The notes below the pieces were generated by a model. That model was not told the DNA's origin, ran no database searches, and was given only the letters and a program-made list of their open reading frames with translations. From an uncultured Ruminococcus sp. (GTDB taxonomy: Bacteria > Bacillota > Clostridia > Oscillospirales > CAG-272): a stretch of DNA of 64,000 bases. Where the stretch lies: positions 352-64,351 of the forward strand of contig CADBKZ010000009.1 of the NCBI GenBank assembly GCA_902795355.1, written 5' to 3'. Numbering within the stretch: position 1 is the stretch's first letter; each line of letters starts with the position of its first letter. Below are positions 1 through 9,805 of this stretch, in pieces. The position numbers were made by a program, and so were the translations under genes.

Positions 1-169
1 TTCCGCCGCGGCTTTTCTTTTCCGCGCGCATAACCGAAACGGCGGGACGTCTCTTTTTTCAAAATCATCGTTTTAACCACAAATATAGTCGAATCGAACA
101 TAGACAAGCGGTTCTTTTTTTGCTAAAATGGTATTAGATTTTCAAATACCGTTCGAAAGGACCAGAATC

Positions 170-2788
170 ATGAAAAGAACACTATCCCTGCTGCTAACGG
201 CGGCAATGCTGTTGGCAATCATCCCCTGTCTCGCGTTTTCGGCAAGCGCGGCCGAAACAGCAACGGTAACACAGTCGCTTTACTCGGAATTTACGATTCC
301 GGACGGGTTGTCGGTAGTCGGCGCGAAGTTGCAATCATGGACAAACGACGCTACCGCAGATAGTTTTGCCAATCTCTCTTTTTCCAGCTTCCAGACCTAT
401 GTAGGTTTTACCGGTAAAAATACCGGAGAGATTACGGCAATCGGCAAATTCTACGAAGCCGTCACCGTAGATCGCATCGTTATCAGAGCGGGTTATTGGC
501 CGTCCCGTGTGAGTAAACTTGAATTTTCGCTTTCCGCAGATGGTGAAAATTGGACGACGATCGCCAATACCAATTGGACGCCGCAAAATACGAACAACGG
601 GGCTTATGAAGAGGTTGTGATCATTACGCTTCCCGATTCGCTTGCCAATACCAAATTCCAATACATCAAAATGTATCGCGACGGCACAACGAACTATTCG
701 TGCTACGTCGGCGGGATTATCTGTTTGACGAGAGATCGCGCAACACTTGCCACGGGTTCTTCTCTCATTCAGGCAACACATTACCAAAGCTCGGATGATG
801 TTTATGCCCCCGTATGGGGTGAAAACCTCGTGGATAGAGAAGCCACTCAATCGACCGTTCTTTCGTATTCTTCCGCGAGACTTGCAACCCCCACGGTCAT
901 TGATAAAATTATTGTTGATGGCCTTGCTTATGGCCAACGTTCCCGTGGCAGTTCACTTTATGCTTCGGTAGATGGGGTTAATTGGGAAAAAATCGGCACA
1001 ATGGTCAATAATAGCGAAGTCAATGCAGGTTATGTTACCAGCTCCAACGCAAATGCCATTAACAGCAATAAAGCGTACTCTTATGTAAAGATCGAGCAGG
1101 GAAGCAGCTACATGCAATATGCCTATTCTCTTGGTCGTGTTCGCGTTTACGGCTATGCCGAGGGCGCGGCCCGCATTGCGGCAACCAACGTTCCCGAGCG
1201 GAACGTCACCGCCGACACGAGCAACCCCGCCATCGATCTTTGGAGCGATACAAACACCACACCTCGTTCGGGCAGCGACAGCGATACAATCATTGAATCC
1301 ACGGTTGCGAAATTCGATTTTCCGACGAAGATCTCCACCATTTATTTGGTCAGCGGAACGTCCGCGGGCAGAAACCGCGGGATCCTTTACGAAGGATCCA
1401 TGGACGGCGAACATTGGGAAACCGTTTGTTCCAGCGGCCATAACAATGATGGGCAGTACAGCAACGCCACCAAGAAAGTAACGGTCAACAGCTCCAAAGC
1501 ATATCTCTATGTTCGCGCCACCAACACCTTGGCCAACGGGGCGGGCAAGGACTACCATTGGAACGTGATCAACCTCGCGGTTTACGGCGAGCAGGTCGGC
1601 GTAACGCCCCGAGGCACGCAATCCGCCGTCAGCGCGGACGGGAAAACCTACGGCGTGCGCATCATTTCCACCGTCGATTTTCTTTCCTACGACGCGATCG
1701 GCTACGAAATTACCGCCGCGGGCGAGGGCCTCGCAACGCCGAAATATTGGGACCGGACCGCCGCGGGCGTTTACTCCTCGATTTACGAAACGGTTGACGG
1801 AAGCCCCGTGGAGCGCGACGCCGCCTATTTCGGCGGGACCTATATTTCCGCGATCTCCATTATGGGAATCTCCATTGAAAACTACGGAAGCATTACCTTT
1901 TCAATCCGCCCCTATGCCCTCTCCAACGGCGTAAAGCTCTATTCCGATTCCTTTACCGCCATTTATCTCGATGGGGAATACCGGTATATCCGCGACCCCT
2001 ATGATTCCTCGGTTGCCGATGGGACCGACGTTCGCGTAATGTCCTGCAACATCATGGCCGAGTGGCCGTCCTACGGCGGCGATCAATCGCCCGTTTCGGT
2101 CCGGAAAGAAATCTTTTTCTCCGCCATCGACGAATACGCGCCGACGGTGATCGGTCTGCAGGAGTTCTCGCCGCAATGGTATGCCGCGCTCGACGATTAC
2201 GCCGACCGCTCAAAATGGGAGATTCTGAAAATTCAGAACCCGAATGTCAGCAGCGAGTACGTATGCTCCACGGTGATGTACCGAAAGGACCTCTACACGC
2301 TCAAAGATTCCGGCATGCAGTATTACAGCAAGTTTAACAACGGCCGTTGCCGCTGCATTACATGGGCGGCGCTCCAAGATAAAACAAGCGGAAAAACGTT
2401 TTGCTTCGTCAGCACGCATTGGGACGGCGACGGCGGCGAAAACGCTCCCACCCAACTTGCCGAGGAAGCGGCGTTCGTCAACGCCATGGCGGCGAGCTAC
2501 CCCGTGATTGCCACGGGCGACTACAACGCCAACGAATATACCGACCTGTTCCAGAACTTCCTTTCGCAAACCAACTCGGCGGACGCGATGTATGCGGCGG
2601 CCGAGCGGGTCAACGTTGTCGGCTCTTGGCATGGTTTCGGTCAATACACCCCGTCCGCGGGGTCCTGCGACCACATTACAACCACCGCCGGCGGAACGGT
2701 TCTGAAATTTGAAACGCTGATGTATAACGAGCAAATCTTCTGCTCCGACCACGCATGGCTGATTGCGGACATTCAATTTGCGGATTAA
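170..2788 (+). CDS. Secreted multidomain protein: signal peptide, repeated F5/8 type C (discoidin/CBM32-like) modules, C-terminal endonuclease/exonuclease/phosphatase (EEP) domain
   Basis: ORF 128..2788; start moved to ATG 170 (GAAAGGA RBS upstream) giving signal peptide MKRTLSLLLTAAMLLAIIPCLAFSASAAE. C-terminal EEP motifs VRVMSCNI, GLQEF, STHWD, TGDYNA, SDHAWL. The repeated W-rich modules are assigned to the discoidin fold by resemblance only. Confidence 0.7.
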   Translation: MKRTLSLLLTAAMLLAIIPCLAFSASAAETATVTQSLYSEFTIPDGLSVVGAKLQSWTNDATADSFANLSFSSFQTYVGFTGKNTGEITAIGKFYEAVTVDRIVIRAGYWPSRVSKLEFSLSADGENWTTIANTNWTPQNTNNGAYEEVVIITLPDSLANTKFQYIKMYRDGTTNYSCYVGGIICLTRDRATLATGSSLIQATHYQSSDDVYAPVWGENLVDREATQSTVLSYSSARLATPTVIDKIIVDGLAYGQRSRGSSLYASVDGVNWEKIGTMVNNSEVNAGYVTSSNANAINSNKAYSYVKIEQGSSYMQYAYSLGRVRVYGYAEGAARIAATNVPERNVTADTSNPAIDLWSDTNTTPRSGSDSDTIIESTVAKFDFPTKISTIYLVSGTSAGRNRGILYEGSMDGEHWETVCSSGHNNDGQYSNATKKVTVNSSKAYLYVRATNTLANGAGKDYHWNVINLAVYGEQVGVTPRGTQSAVSADGKTYGVRIISTVDFLSYDAIGYEITAAGEGLATPKYWDRTAAGVYSSIYETVDGSPVERDAAYFGGTYISAISIMGISIENYGSITFSIRPYALSNGVKLYSDSFTAIYLDGEYRYIRDPYDSSVADGTDVRVMSCNIMAEWPSYGGDQSPVSVRKEIFFSAIDEYAPTVIGLQEFSPQWYAALDDYADRSKWEILKIQNPNVSSEYVCSTVMYRKDLYTLKDSGMQYYSKFNNGRCRCITWAALQDKTSGKTFCFVSTHWDGDGGENAPTQLAEEAAFVNAMAASYPVIATGDYNANEYTDLFQNFLSQTNSADAMYAAAERVNVVGSWHGFGQYTPSAGSCDHITTTAGGTVLKFETLMYNEQIFCSDHAWLIADIQFAD

Positions 2789-2929
2789 GGAAAATACCTC
2801 GCCCAAAAAAGCAACTGGTGTCCGAAAAAAAGCAAAAATGTTCTTGCATTTCACCTGTAAACGTGCTATCATAGAAGCAGATCAATGCACGAACGCGCAA
2901 CCGAATACAAACCGAAAAAGGAGACACCT

Positions 2930-4123
2930 ATGAAAATCGCAAACAAGTTTGCGGAAAACGTCATCATCGATGCGGAAACCCTCGCCGCAAAATATTCCGA
3001 GGAGATGCGCGCATGGCAGGGCGCTCCGTCCATTGCCTGCACCCGCGGCGGCCGACTGTTCGTCAGTTTTATGAGCGGCGGCATCTACGAGCCGGACCCC
3101 CGCAATTGCGACCTGCTGGTTTACAGCGACGACAACGGCGACCATTGGTCGTCCCCTGTGCTTGCCATCGAAAGCCGTCCCGAAATACGGCAACGAATTT
3201 CCGATCTGGAACTATGGATCGCCCCAAACGGCGCGCTTTGGATGTTCTGGCACGAAGCTCCTTATGAAGCGGGGCTTTCTCTGCCGACCTATGAGCAGAA
3301 GATCGACATGGAGAACGACTCCGAATACCACCGCTTGGAAGCGCAGGTGCATACTTGCGCGGCAGTTTGCGAGGATCCCGACGCCGAGGAGCTTGTGTTC
3401 GGCGAGCCGCGGGAGCTGTTTCCCGCCATGATGCGGAATCACCCGTTTGCGGCCGACCGCGGCCGTTGGATCTTTCCCACGCACCGCACTCCCGCCGCTC
3501 CTTGCTACGCGTTCCGCTATTCGGACGACGAGGGCAAGACCTTCCATTTGGCGGAGCGTTCGGGCAGAGCGTTGCGGCGAGCCTTCGACGAACCCACCGT
3601 TTACCGCATGGCGGACGGCAGAATCGCGGTGATCGTCCGCACGGCGGAACCCATGTTCAAGCGCATGATCTCGTCCGACAACGGCGAGAGCTGGTCGGCT
3701 CCCGCCGAGCTGTTCGCGGCCGCCTCGCAACGCCCCTGCGCGCTCAACGCAAAGCGCGGCGGCGTTTGGCTGACAGCAAGCGCGGATCGCAAGGCGCGCA
3801 ACGGCCTGCGGCTGATGTATTCGCCCGACGGCGTGGATTTTTCCGAGGTCCTGCTCCTCGACGACCGCGAGCGCGTCTCCTATGCCGAAATTGCGGAAGG
3901 CGAGGACGGAACGCTTTACATCGCCTACGACCGCGAGCGGAACAACAAGATCCGCAAGAGCCGCGTTGCGGGCGTTTCCGAGGCCGCGAAAGAAATTCTG
4001 TTTGCGCGCATTCCGCCCGAGGCGCAAACGGGAACGGTCACGGCCGACACCGTCCGCGCCCGCGTGATCAGCAAGGCGCGGATCAACGAGCTGGACAATC
4101 ATTTTTCAAGGGAGACACAATGA
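2930..4123 (+). CDS. BNR/Asp-box repeat protein, sialidase-like glycosidase, apparently cytoplasmic
   Basis: ORF 2885..4123; ATG 2930 preceded by AAGGAG. Asp-box-like repeats SDDNGDHW, SDDEGKTF, SDNGESW, SPDGVDF. No signal peptide. Stop overlaps the next start (ATGA). Confidence 0.7.
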   Translation: MKIANKFAENVIIDAETLAAKYSEEMRAWQGAPSIACTRGGRLFVSFMSGGIYEPDPRNCDLLVYSDDNGDHWSSPVLAIESRPEIRQRISDLELWIAPNGALWMFWHEAPYEAGLSLPTYEQKIDMENDSEYHRLEAQVHTCAAVCEDPDAEELVFGEPRELFPAMMRNHPFAADRGRWIFPTHRTPAAPCYAFRYSDDEGKTFHLAERSGRALRRAFDEPTVYRMADGRIAVIVRTAEPMFKRMISSDNGESWSAPAELFAAASQRPCALNAKRGGVWLTASADRKARNGLRLMYSPDGVDFSEVLLLDDRERVSYAEIAEGEDGTLYIAYDRERNNKIRKSRVAGVSEAAKEILFARIPPEAQTGTVTADTVRARVISKARINELDNHFSRETQ

Positions 4124-4917
4124 AAACGGAGAGAAAGTTCTCTTTCAGAGAAAAACTGAACGCGAAAAAAACGTTGATCGGAACACATTTGCAAATGCCG
4201 GTTCCCGAGCATGCCGAGCTTCTCGCCATGGCGGGGTTCGATTATATCTGGATGGACGCCGAGCACGGTCCGTTTGACGACAGAACGTTGCTGTTGTGCA
4301 TCAGTTTGGCGCAGGCAATGGGGACCGCGGCGGTGGTGCGTGTTCCCATGAACGATTATAACGCGACCAAACGCATTCTGGAAATGGGACCCGACGGGAT
4401 CATTTTCCCCGTGGTCAACACGCGCGAGCAGGCGGAAACGCTCATCCTGTCCACCTTCTATCCGCCGCTCGGCAACCGCGGCTTCGGGCCGATGCGCGCC
4501 GTTGAATACGGCGAACGCGACGTGCGCGAATACGTGGAGCGCGGCGTGTTTGAAATGGCGCGCTTTGTGCAGATTGAATCCGAGGAAGCGGTAAGAAATC
4601 TGAAAGAGCTTTTGAAAGTTCCGTATATTGACGGATTTATTGTCGGTCCGAACGATCTTTCCGCTTCGGTGGGGGAGCTTTGCCGAGAGTCGCAGCCGAA
4701 AACAACGGCCTTGATCCGCGAGATCGGGGAGATCCTGCGCGAGAAAGACCGACTCCTCGGCGTTTCCACAGGGGATTCTTCCGCGGAAAACCTGACGTTC
4801 TGGAAAAACATCGGATGCCGCATGATCTCCGCGGGGATGGATCACGGCTTTCTGCTCAACGGCGCAAAGCAAATGCGAGCCTGTCTCGGCACGGCGTTCG
4901 GCTCAGCGGATCTCTGA
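4120..4917 (+). CDS. HpcH/HpaI family (class II) aldolase, 2-keto-3-deoxy-sugar-acid aldolase-like
   Basis: Last 265 codons of ORF 3355..4917; ATG 4120 overlaps the upstream TGA. MKTERKFSFREKLNAKKTLIGTHL...FDYIWMDAEHGPFD is typical of this family. The upstream 255 codons are an Arg-rich shadow. Confidence 0.75.
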   Translation: MKTERKFSFREKLNAKKTLIGTHLQMPVPEHAELLAMAGFDYIWMDAEHGPFDDRTLLLCISLAQAMGTAAVVRVPMNDYNATKRILEMGPDGIIFPVVNTREQAETLILSTFYPPLGNRGFGPMRAVEYGERDVREYVERGVFEMARFVQIESEEAVRNLKELLKVPYIDGFIVGPNDLSASVGELCRESQPKTTALIREIGEILREKDRLLGVSTGDSSAENLTFWKNIGCRMISAGMDHGFLLNGAKQMRACLGTAFGSADL

Positions 4918-4929
4918 AACTTCATAAAA

Positions 4930-4971
4930 CCAAGCAAAGGCGGCGCGAAAATTCGCGCCGCCTTTGCTTGG
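4930..4971 (+). terminator. Perfect 18-bp stem hairpin after the aldolase gene
   Basis: CCAAGCAAAGGCGGCGCG-aaaatt-CGCGCCGCCTTTGCTTGG, 13 nt after the stop. The downstream U-tract is weak. Confidence 0.6.
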
Positions 4972-4973
4972 CC

Positions 4974-5002
4974 TTGACATTTCGCGCGCGGTTTGATATA
5001 AT
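4974..5002 (+). promoter_or_regulatory. Sigma-A type promoter for the ECF sigma operon
   Basis: TTGACA, 17-nt spacer, TATAAT (perfect consensus). Confidence 0.6.
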
Positions 5003-5124
5003 GGATGACGGCAGAATTGCCAAAAAAACAAAAGTCCGCAACGCGGCGGGGGCTTTTCCGGTACTTGATAGGTGAAAGGCCTTTTTGAAATACGCAAAGA
5101 GCAAAGGAGAGAACGGGACACAAG

Positions 5125-5688
5125 ATGAACGACGAAGAAATCGTTGCGCTGTTCTGGGGGCGATCCGAACGCGCGATTGAGGAAACCGAGCGGGTGTACG
5201 GGCGATATTTTCGCTCGGTGGCGCGCGGAATCCTCGGCGACGACGGCGACGCGGAAGAGACCGTGAACGATCTGTATCTGAAAGCATGGAACCAAATTCC
5301 GCCCGAACGCCCCAATTGCCTGAAAGCATTTCTCGGCAGAATGCTCCGCCAACTCTCCCTGAACCGCTTGGAGCGGAACATGGCGCAAAAACGCGGCGCA
5401 AACCGGCTGACCGCGGTTCTGGACGAGTTGGAAGAATGCGTTCCCGCGGCCGCGGAAGGGTCGCTTTCCATGGCCGATTCGGTTGCGCTGCGGGACGCGA
5501 TGAACCGCTTTTTACGGTCGCTTCCCGCCGAACCGCGCCGCGTGTTTATCCGCCGCTATTGGCATATGAAGGCGGTTTCCGACATTGCCGCGGAGCTTTC
5601 GGCAAGCGAGAGCAAGATCAAATCCATGCTGATGCGCACCCGCGGAAAACTGAAAACATATCTGGAACAGGAGGGGTTTATCGTATGA
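5125..5688 (+). CDS. RNA polymerase sigma-70 family ECF-type sigma factor
   Basis: 187 aa. Region 2-like ETVNDLYLKAWNQIPPERP and region 4 HTH AVSDIAAELSASESKIKSMLMRTRGKLKTYL. Confidence 0.85.
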   Translation: MNDEEIVALFWGRSERAIEETERVYGRYFRSVARGILGDDGDAEETVNDLYLKAWNQIPPERPNCLKAFLGRMLRQLSLNRLERNMAQKRGANRLTAVLDELEECVPAAAEGSLSMADSVALRDAMNRFLRSLPAEPRRVFIRRYWHMKAVSDIAAELSASESKIKSMLMRTRGKLKTYLEQEGFIV

Positions 5689-6440
5689 ACGGAAAAAGGA
5701 TTCTGGATGCCGTCGGCGGCATTGATTACGACCTGATCGAGGACGCCGAGCGGCCGAGGCGCGGGAACCGACCCGCCCGCTTGGCAAAATGGGGCGCGCT
5801 TGCCGCCTGCCTGATGGTTTTGCTTGGGAGCGCGGTTACGGCGGCGGTTTTGCGGCGGGCGCGTTCCGAACCGAAAGCGAGGGACATGTCCGGAGACGGC
5901 GCGGGAGACGGCGCGGTTTACACCGTCAACCTGACGGCGGCGTGCGTTCGCACCGGAACCGAATGGAAACTGACCGACGAGGCGGGGTATGCCTATCTTT
6001 CGGAGCGGGTCGTCGTGCTGACGTCCGCTTTGCGCGCCAGCGGCGTTCCGGTGGAAACGCTGTCGGTTTCTCCCCGCGGCTACGCGCATATCCGAATGGG
6101 CGCGGACGGCAACACCATTTCGGAGAATTGGAGGGATTTCCTGCTTTACGACGGGAACCGGCTGGTTGCAATCGCAACGCTATATCGGGATGAAACCGGC
6201 ATTTTCGATTCGCTCGCGTTCGGCGCGCCGTGGTTTTCGGATTATGCCGATCTTCTCAAAGCGCACGCAGGCGAGGAGCTGATCTACCTGTATATCGGGG
6301 ACGCGGAGACGATCCTGACGCCGGAAAACGACGCGTACACACTTGCGGGCACACCGTTTTCGGGGCTTGCCGACGGAACCGATTATTATTCGTTCTTCCG
6401 GAACGAAGAAGTGGTATTCATTCCGGCGATTGTGCCATGA
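5685..6440 (+). CDS. Single-pass membrane protein, probable cognate anti-sigma factor
   Basis: ATG 5685 overlaps the sigma stop (ATGA). N-terminus MNGKRILDAVGGIDYDLIEDAE, one TM helix (WGALAACLMVLLGSAVTAAVL), about 190-aa extracytoplasmic domain. No HxxxCxxC zinc motif. Confidence 0.6.
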   Translation: MNGKRILDAVGGIDYDLIEDAERPRRGNRPARLAKWGALAACLMVLLGSAVTAAVLRRARSEPKARDMSGDGAGDGAVYTVNLTAACVRTGTEWKLTDEAGYAYLSERVVVLTSALRASGVPVETLSVSPRGYAHIRMGADGNTISENWRDFLLYDGNRLVAIATLYRDETGIFDSLAFGAPWFSDYADLLKAHAGEELIYLYIGDAETILTPENDAYTLAGTPFSGLADGTDYYSFFRNEEVVFIPAIVP

Positions 6441-7690
6441 ACCGCGCGGCGTTCCGACCCGTCGGCGCGGATCCGGCCGACTCCGCTTGCGGGCATGCTG
6501 ATACAGGGGATAGAAGCCAAATGCCGCCATCGGGGGGCGCACATGGCCGAATCGGAACACTTCCCCGAGCGTTGGGAGCGGGCACTGCCCGCAATGCGGG
6601 AATCGAGTTGTTCCGCTGTGTTTCCATGATTCTGATCGTGCTTCTCCATGTGCTGGGGCGCGGCGGCGTTCTCGCGTCCGCGTCCGCCTCGCGCGGGAGC
6701 TATGCCGCGGCGTGGTTTTTGGAAACCGTTGGCTATTGCTCGGTGAACTGCTATGCGGTTATCTCGGGGTACGTTGGAATAAACGCCCAGTTCCGCTTCC
6801 GCAGAATCGCGCTTCTCTGGCTGGAAGTTGTTTTTTGGCTGGCGGTTCCCGCCGCGGTTTGCAAGCTGTTCTTTCCCGCCGCGGTCGGCATCGATTGGGG
6901 AGAGACCTTCCTTCCCGTTACGCACAAAACCTTTTGGTATTTCAACGCATATGTGCTGTTGTTCCCTTTTATCCCGATCCTCAACGGCGGTTTGCGGCAA
7001 TTGTCCCGCAAACGCCATTTGGCAATTCTGGCGTTTTTGTTCGTTGCAGCCGCGTGCCTGCATTGCTTTTCGGGATACGACCTTTTTGTTACGGGAAGCG
7101 GCTACTCCGGCGCGTGGCTGATCATTCTTTATGTGTTCGGCGCGTATTTCGGGCGATACGGCGTTCCGCGTTTTGCAAAACGGGGACGGACGCTCGCCGC
7201 GTTCTTTGCCTGCGCTGCCGCGGCTTGGGCAATTCAGATGCTCGCGTTCGACCTCGCGTCCGCCGGTATCGTTTCGCGGGACAGCCTTGTTTACAAATGC
7301 CTCGGAGAAGCGGTGAATTACACCTCGCCGTTCATGGTGATCATGGCGGTCTGCCTGCTGTGTTTCTTTGCGCAAACGCACGTGAAACCGGATTGGCTGG
7401 CAAATCTGATCCGAAACATGGGCAAGGGGACGTTCGGCGTGTACCTGTTCCATGTGGGTCCCGTTCTTTGGGAGAATTGGATGGTCGGGCGGTTCCGGAA
7501 CCTCGGGAAAATGTCGCCGCCGAAGCTGACGGTTTGCGCGCTCTTGGCGGCGGTTGCGCTTTTCCTGCTCTGGGACGCGCTTTCCCTCGGGCGGCGGTAC
7601 CTTTTCCGGCTTTGCCGCGTGGAGCGGGGAATAAACCGCTTGGCGGATTTCTTGGAGAAAGCATGGGAAAAGAGAGAAAATATAGAATGA
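6437..7690 (+). CDS. Acyltransferase family 3 integral membrane protein (OatA-like acyltransferase domain, no SGNH domain)
   Basis: ATG 6437 overlaps the upstream stop (ATGA). IELFRCVSMILIVLLHVLGRGG and multiple TM helices are typical of acyltransferase_3. The start could lie further downstream. Confidence 0.75.
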   Translation: MNRAAFRPVGADPADSACGHADTGDRSQMPPSGGAHGRIGTLPRALGAGTARNAGIELFRCVSMILIVLLHVLGRGGVLASASASRGSYAAAWFLETVGYCSVNCYAVISGYVGINAQFRFRRIALLWLEVVFWLAVPAAVCKLFFPAAVGIDWGETFLPVTHKTFWYFNAYVLLFPFIPILNGGLRQLSRKRHLAILAFLFVAAACLHCFSGYDLFVTGSGYSGAWLIILYVFGAYFGRYGVPRFAKRGRTLAAFFACAAAAWAIQMLAFDLASAGIVSRDSLVYKCLGEAVNYTSPFMVIMAVCLLCFFAQTHVKPDWLANLIRNMGKGTFGVYLFHVGPVLWENWMVGRFRNLGKMSPPKLTVCALLAAVALFLLWDALSLGRRYLFRLCRVERGINRLADFLEKAWEKRENIE

Positions 7691-7717
7691 AATCAAGAAT
7701 TGTTCTATAAAAAGAGC

Positions 7718-7757
7718 AAACAAGCAGGCGTTTCCGTTTGGAAACGCCTGCTTGTTT
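7718..7757. terminator. Bidirectional terminator between convergent acyltransferase and gtrA genes
   Basis: AAACAAGCAGGCGTTTCC-gttt-GGAAACGCCTGCTTGTTT, a perfect 18-bp stem flanked by A/T runs. Confidence 0.8.
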
Positions 7758-7766
7758 TCGGGTAAA

Positions 7767-8360
7767 TCAGCCGAGGTTGTCCGCGTTCGGGGGCGCGGCG
7801 GTTTTGCCGGCGTCGGCCTTTTGCTCGCCCTCTTCTTTCGGTTTTCTGCTCTTGCGAAAAACGATCAGTTTCCCGATCAGGTAGTTGATGGCAGTTACGA
7901 GAATGATCGATACCACCATGGTCAGAATGTCGGCCGTAAAGGTGACGCCGACGAACCGGAACGGGCGGTAGGAAAGGCTGTTGAGCGTCAGCGGCAGCAG
8001 CACGGCAAGCCCGAGTTCGAGAAAATAGGTCCCGATGCGCGAAACCACAAAGGTTCCGAATTGGCGGAAGAATACCGACTTGCGGAAGTCCTTGTCGCGG
8101 AACACCAGCACTTTGTTGGGCAAAAATGCAAACAAAACAGCCGCGATCCATCCTGCCGTTTGCGCCGCCGAGCGGAGCGCCGAACCGCGGCCGGCCATGG
8201 TCGGGTCGGTGGAGTTCAGGTCAATACCGTACATGCGGGCGAAAGAATAGAGGATCAGGGAGCGAACGCCGTAAGAGACGATGGTTGTCGCAAGCCCCAC
8301 CAGCGAATAGACGATAAATTCGCCGAAGTTTTTCCAGAATTTTTCCTGCTTTGCCGTCAT
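7767..8360 (-). CDS. GtrA family membrane protein
   Basis: 197 aa. FGEFIVYSLVGLATTIVSYGVRSLIL, four TM helices and a Lys/Glu-rich tail. Start overlaps the cysS stop (ATGA). Confidence 0.75.
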   Translation of the reverse strand: MTAKQEKFWKNFGEFIVYSLVGLATTIVSYGVRSLILYSFARMYGIDLNSTDPTMAGRGSALRSAAQTAGWIAAVLFAFLPNKVLVFRDKDFRKSVFFRQFGTFVVSRIGTYFLELGLAVLLPLTLNSLSYRPFRFVGVTFTADILTMVVSIILVTAINYLIGKLIVFRKSRKPKEEGEQKADAGKTAAPPNADNLG

Positions 8361-9784
8361 CTCGGTTCCACGCGGTAGGTCGTACCGTCTTTGGTGTCAA
8401 TCAGGGTCACGCCGCGCGCGGCAAGCTCGCTCCGGATGCGGTCGGCTTCCGCGTAGTTTTTGGCGGCCTTGGCGGCGCGGCGCGCTTCGATCTGCGCCTC
8501 GATCTCCCGCGCAAAACCGTCGTCGGCCGCGGGTTCGCCCGTCGGGGCGTTTTGCAGAGCTTTCGCGCCTTCCAGCAGGTTCAGCTGCAAAACCGAATCA
8601 AACTCGCGCAAGAGCGCCAATTTCGTGGCGCCGCCCGCGGGCAGTTTGAGAACGTCGTAAACCGCGGTAACGGCAAGCGAGGTGTTCAGGTCGTTGTCCA
8701 AGGCTTTTACGAAGTTTGCTTTCTGCGCTTCAAACGCCGCTTGATCCACCGCGCCGTCCTCGGAGAGCTGCGCAATTCTGGCAAGCAGCTTCGCGTAGGC
8801 GGTTTTGGCGTTATCCAGATTTTCAAAGGAGAACACCAGCGATTTGCGGTAGTGCGATTGCAGGCAGAAGAAGCGATAGACCATGGGATCATAGCCTTTT
8901 TGCTCCAAGAGCGAGAGCGTGAGAAACTCGCCGCTCGATTTGCTCATTTTGCCCGTGGTAGTGTTCAGGTGGAGCACATGGAACCAATAATTGCACCATT
9001 TATGCCCTAAATAGGCCTCGGATTGAGCAATTTCGTTGGTGTGGTGGGGGAAAGCGTTGTCAATGCCGCCGCAGTGAATGTCGAGCTTTTCGCCGAGGTA
9101 TTTCATGCTGATGCAGGAGCATTCGATATGCCACCCGGGGTATCCCAAGCCCCAAGGACTTTCCCATTTCAGTTCCTGATCGTCGAATTTGGATTTGGTG
9201 AACCATAGCACAAAGTCGGCTTTGTTGCGCTTGTTGCCGTCCTCTTCCACGCCCTCGCGAACGCCCACGGCAAGGTCCTCTTCCTCGAAATTGTGGAACA
9301 CGTAGTACTGTTTGAGCTTGGACGTATCGAAATAAACGTTCCCGCCCGCAAGGTAGGCATAGCCCTTTTCAAGGAGCGAGGAGATCACCTTGATGAAATC
9401 TTCCACGCACCCCGTTGCGGGTTGAACCACCTCGGGGCGGCGGATGTTGAGTTTGCGGCAATCGTCGAAAAAGCAATCGGTATAGAATTTTGCAATTTCC
9501 ATGACCGACTTGTGCTCGCGCTTTGCGCCTTTGAGCATTTTGTCCTCGCCCGTGTCGGCGTCGGACGTCAGGTGTCCCACGTCGGTAATGTTCATCACGC
9601 GGGTCACTCGGTAGCCCGCGTAGCGGAGATAACGGTCGAGGATATCTTCCATCATATAGGTGCGGAGATTGCCAATGTGGGCGTAATGGTAAACGGTGGG
9701 GCCGCAGGTATATAAACTGACCTTGCCCGCCTCGTTCGGAATAAACTCTTCCTTGGTGTGGGAGAGGGAATTATACAGTTGCAT
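8357..9784 (-). CDS. cysS: Cysteine--tRNA ligase
   Basis: MQLYNSLSHTKEEFIP...LYTCGPTVYHYAHIGNLRTY (HIGH motif) and KMSKSSG (KMSKS motif). Confidence 0.95.
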   Translation of the reverse strand: MQLYNSLSHTKEEFIPNEAGKVSLYTCGPTVYHYAHIGNLRTYMMEDILDRYLRYAGYRVTRVMNITDVGHLTSDADTGEDKMLKGAKREHKSVMEIAKFYTDCFFDDCRKLNIRRPEVVQPATGCVEDFIKVISSLLEKGYAYLAGGNVYFDTSKLKQYYVFHNFEEEDLAVGVREGVEEDGNKRNKADFVLWFTKSKFDDQELKWESPWGLGYPGWHIECSCISMKYLGEKLDIHCGGIDNAFPHHTNEIAQSEAYLGHKWCNYWFHVLHLNTTTGKMSKSSGEFLTLSLLEQKGYDPMVYRFFCLQSHYRKSLVFSFENLDNAKTAYAKLLARIAQLSEDGAVDQAAFEAQKANFVKALDNDLNTSLAVTAVYDVLKLPAGGATKLALLREFDSVLQLNLLEGAKALQNAPTGEPAADDGFAREIEAQIEARRAAKAAKNYAEADRIRSELAARGVTLIDTKDGTTYRVEPR

Positions 9785-9805
9785 GGTTGATTCACCTTTG
9801 CGATT

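Noticed and set aside
3355-4119. N-terminal 255 codons of the 520-aa ORF 3355..4917
   Set aside because: This part overlaps the BNR gene in another frame and is Arg-rich. The aldolase homology begins only at ATG 4120, which overlaps the upstream stop. The same logic trimmed the long N-terminal extensions of guaA, purB, purA, glmS, glmM, bioY, the AraC gene, znuA and znuB.
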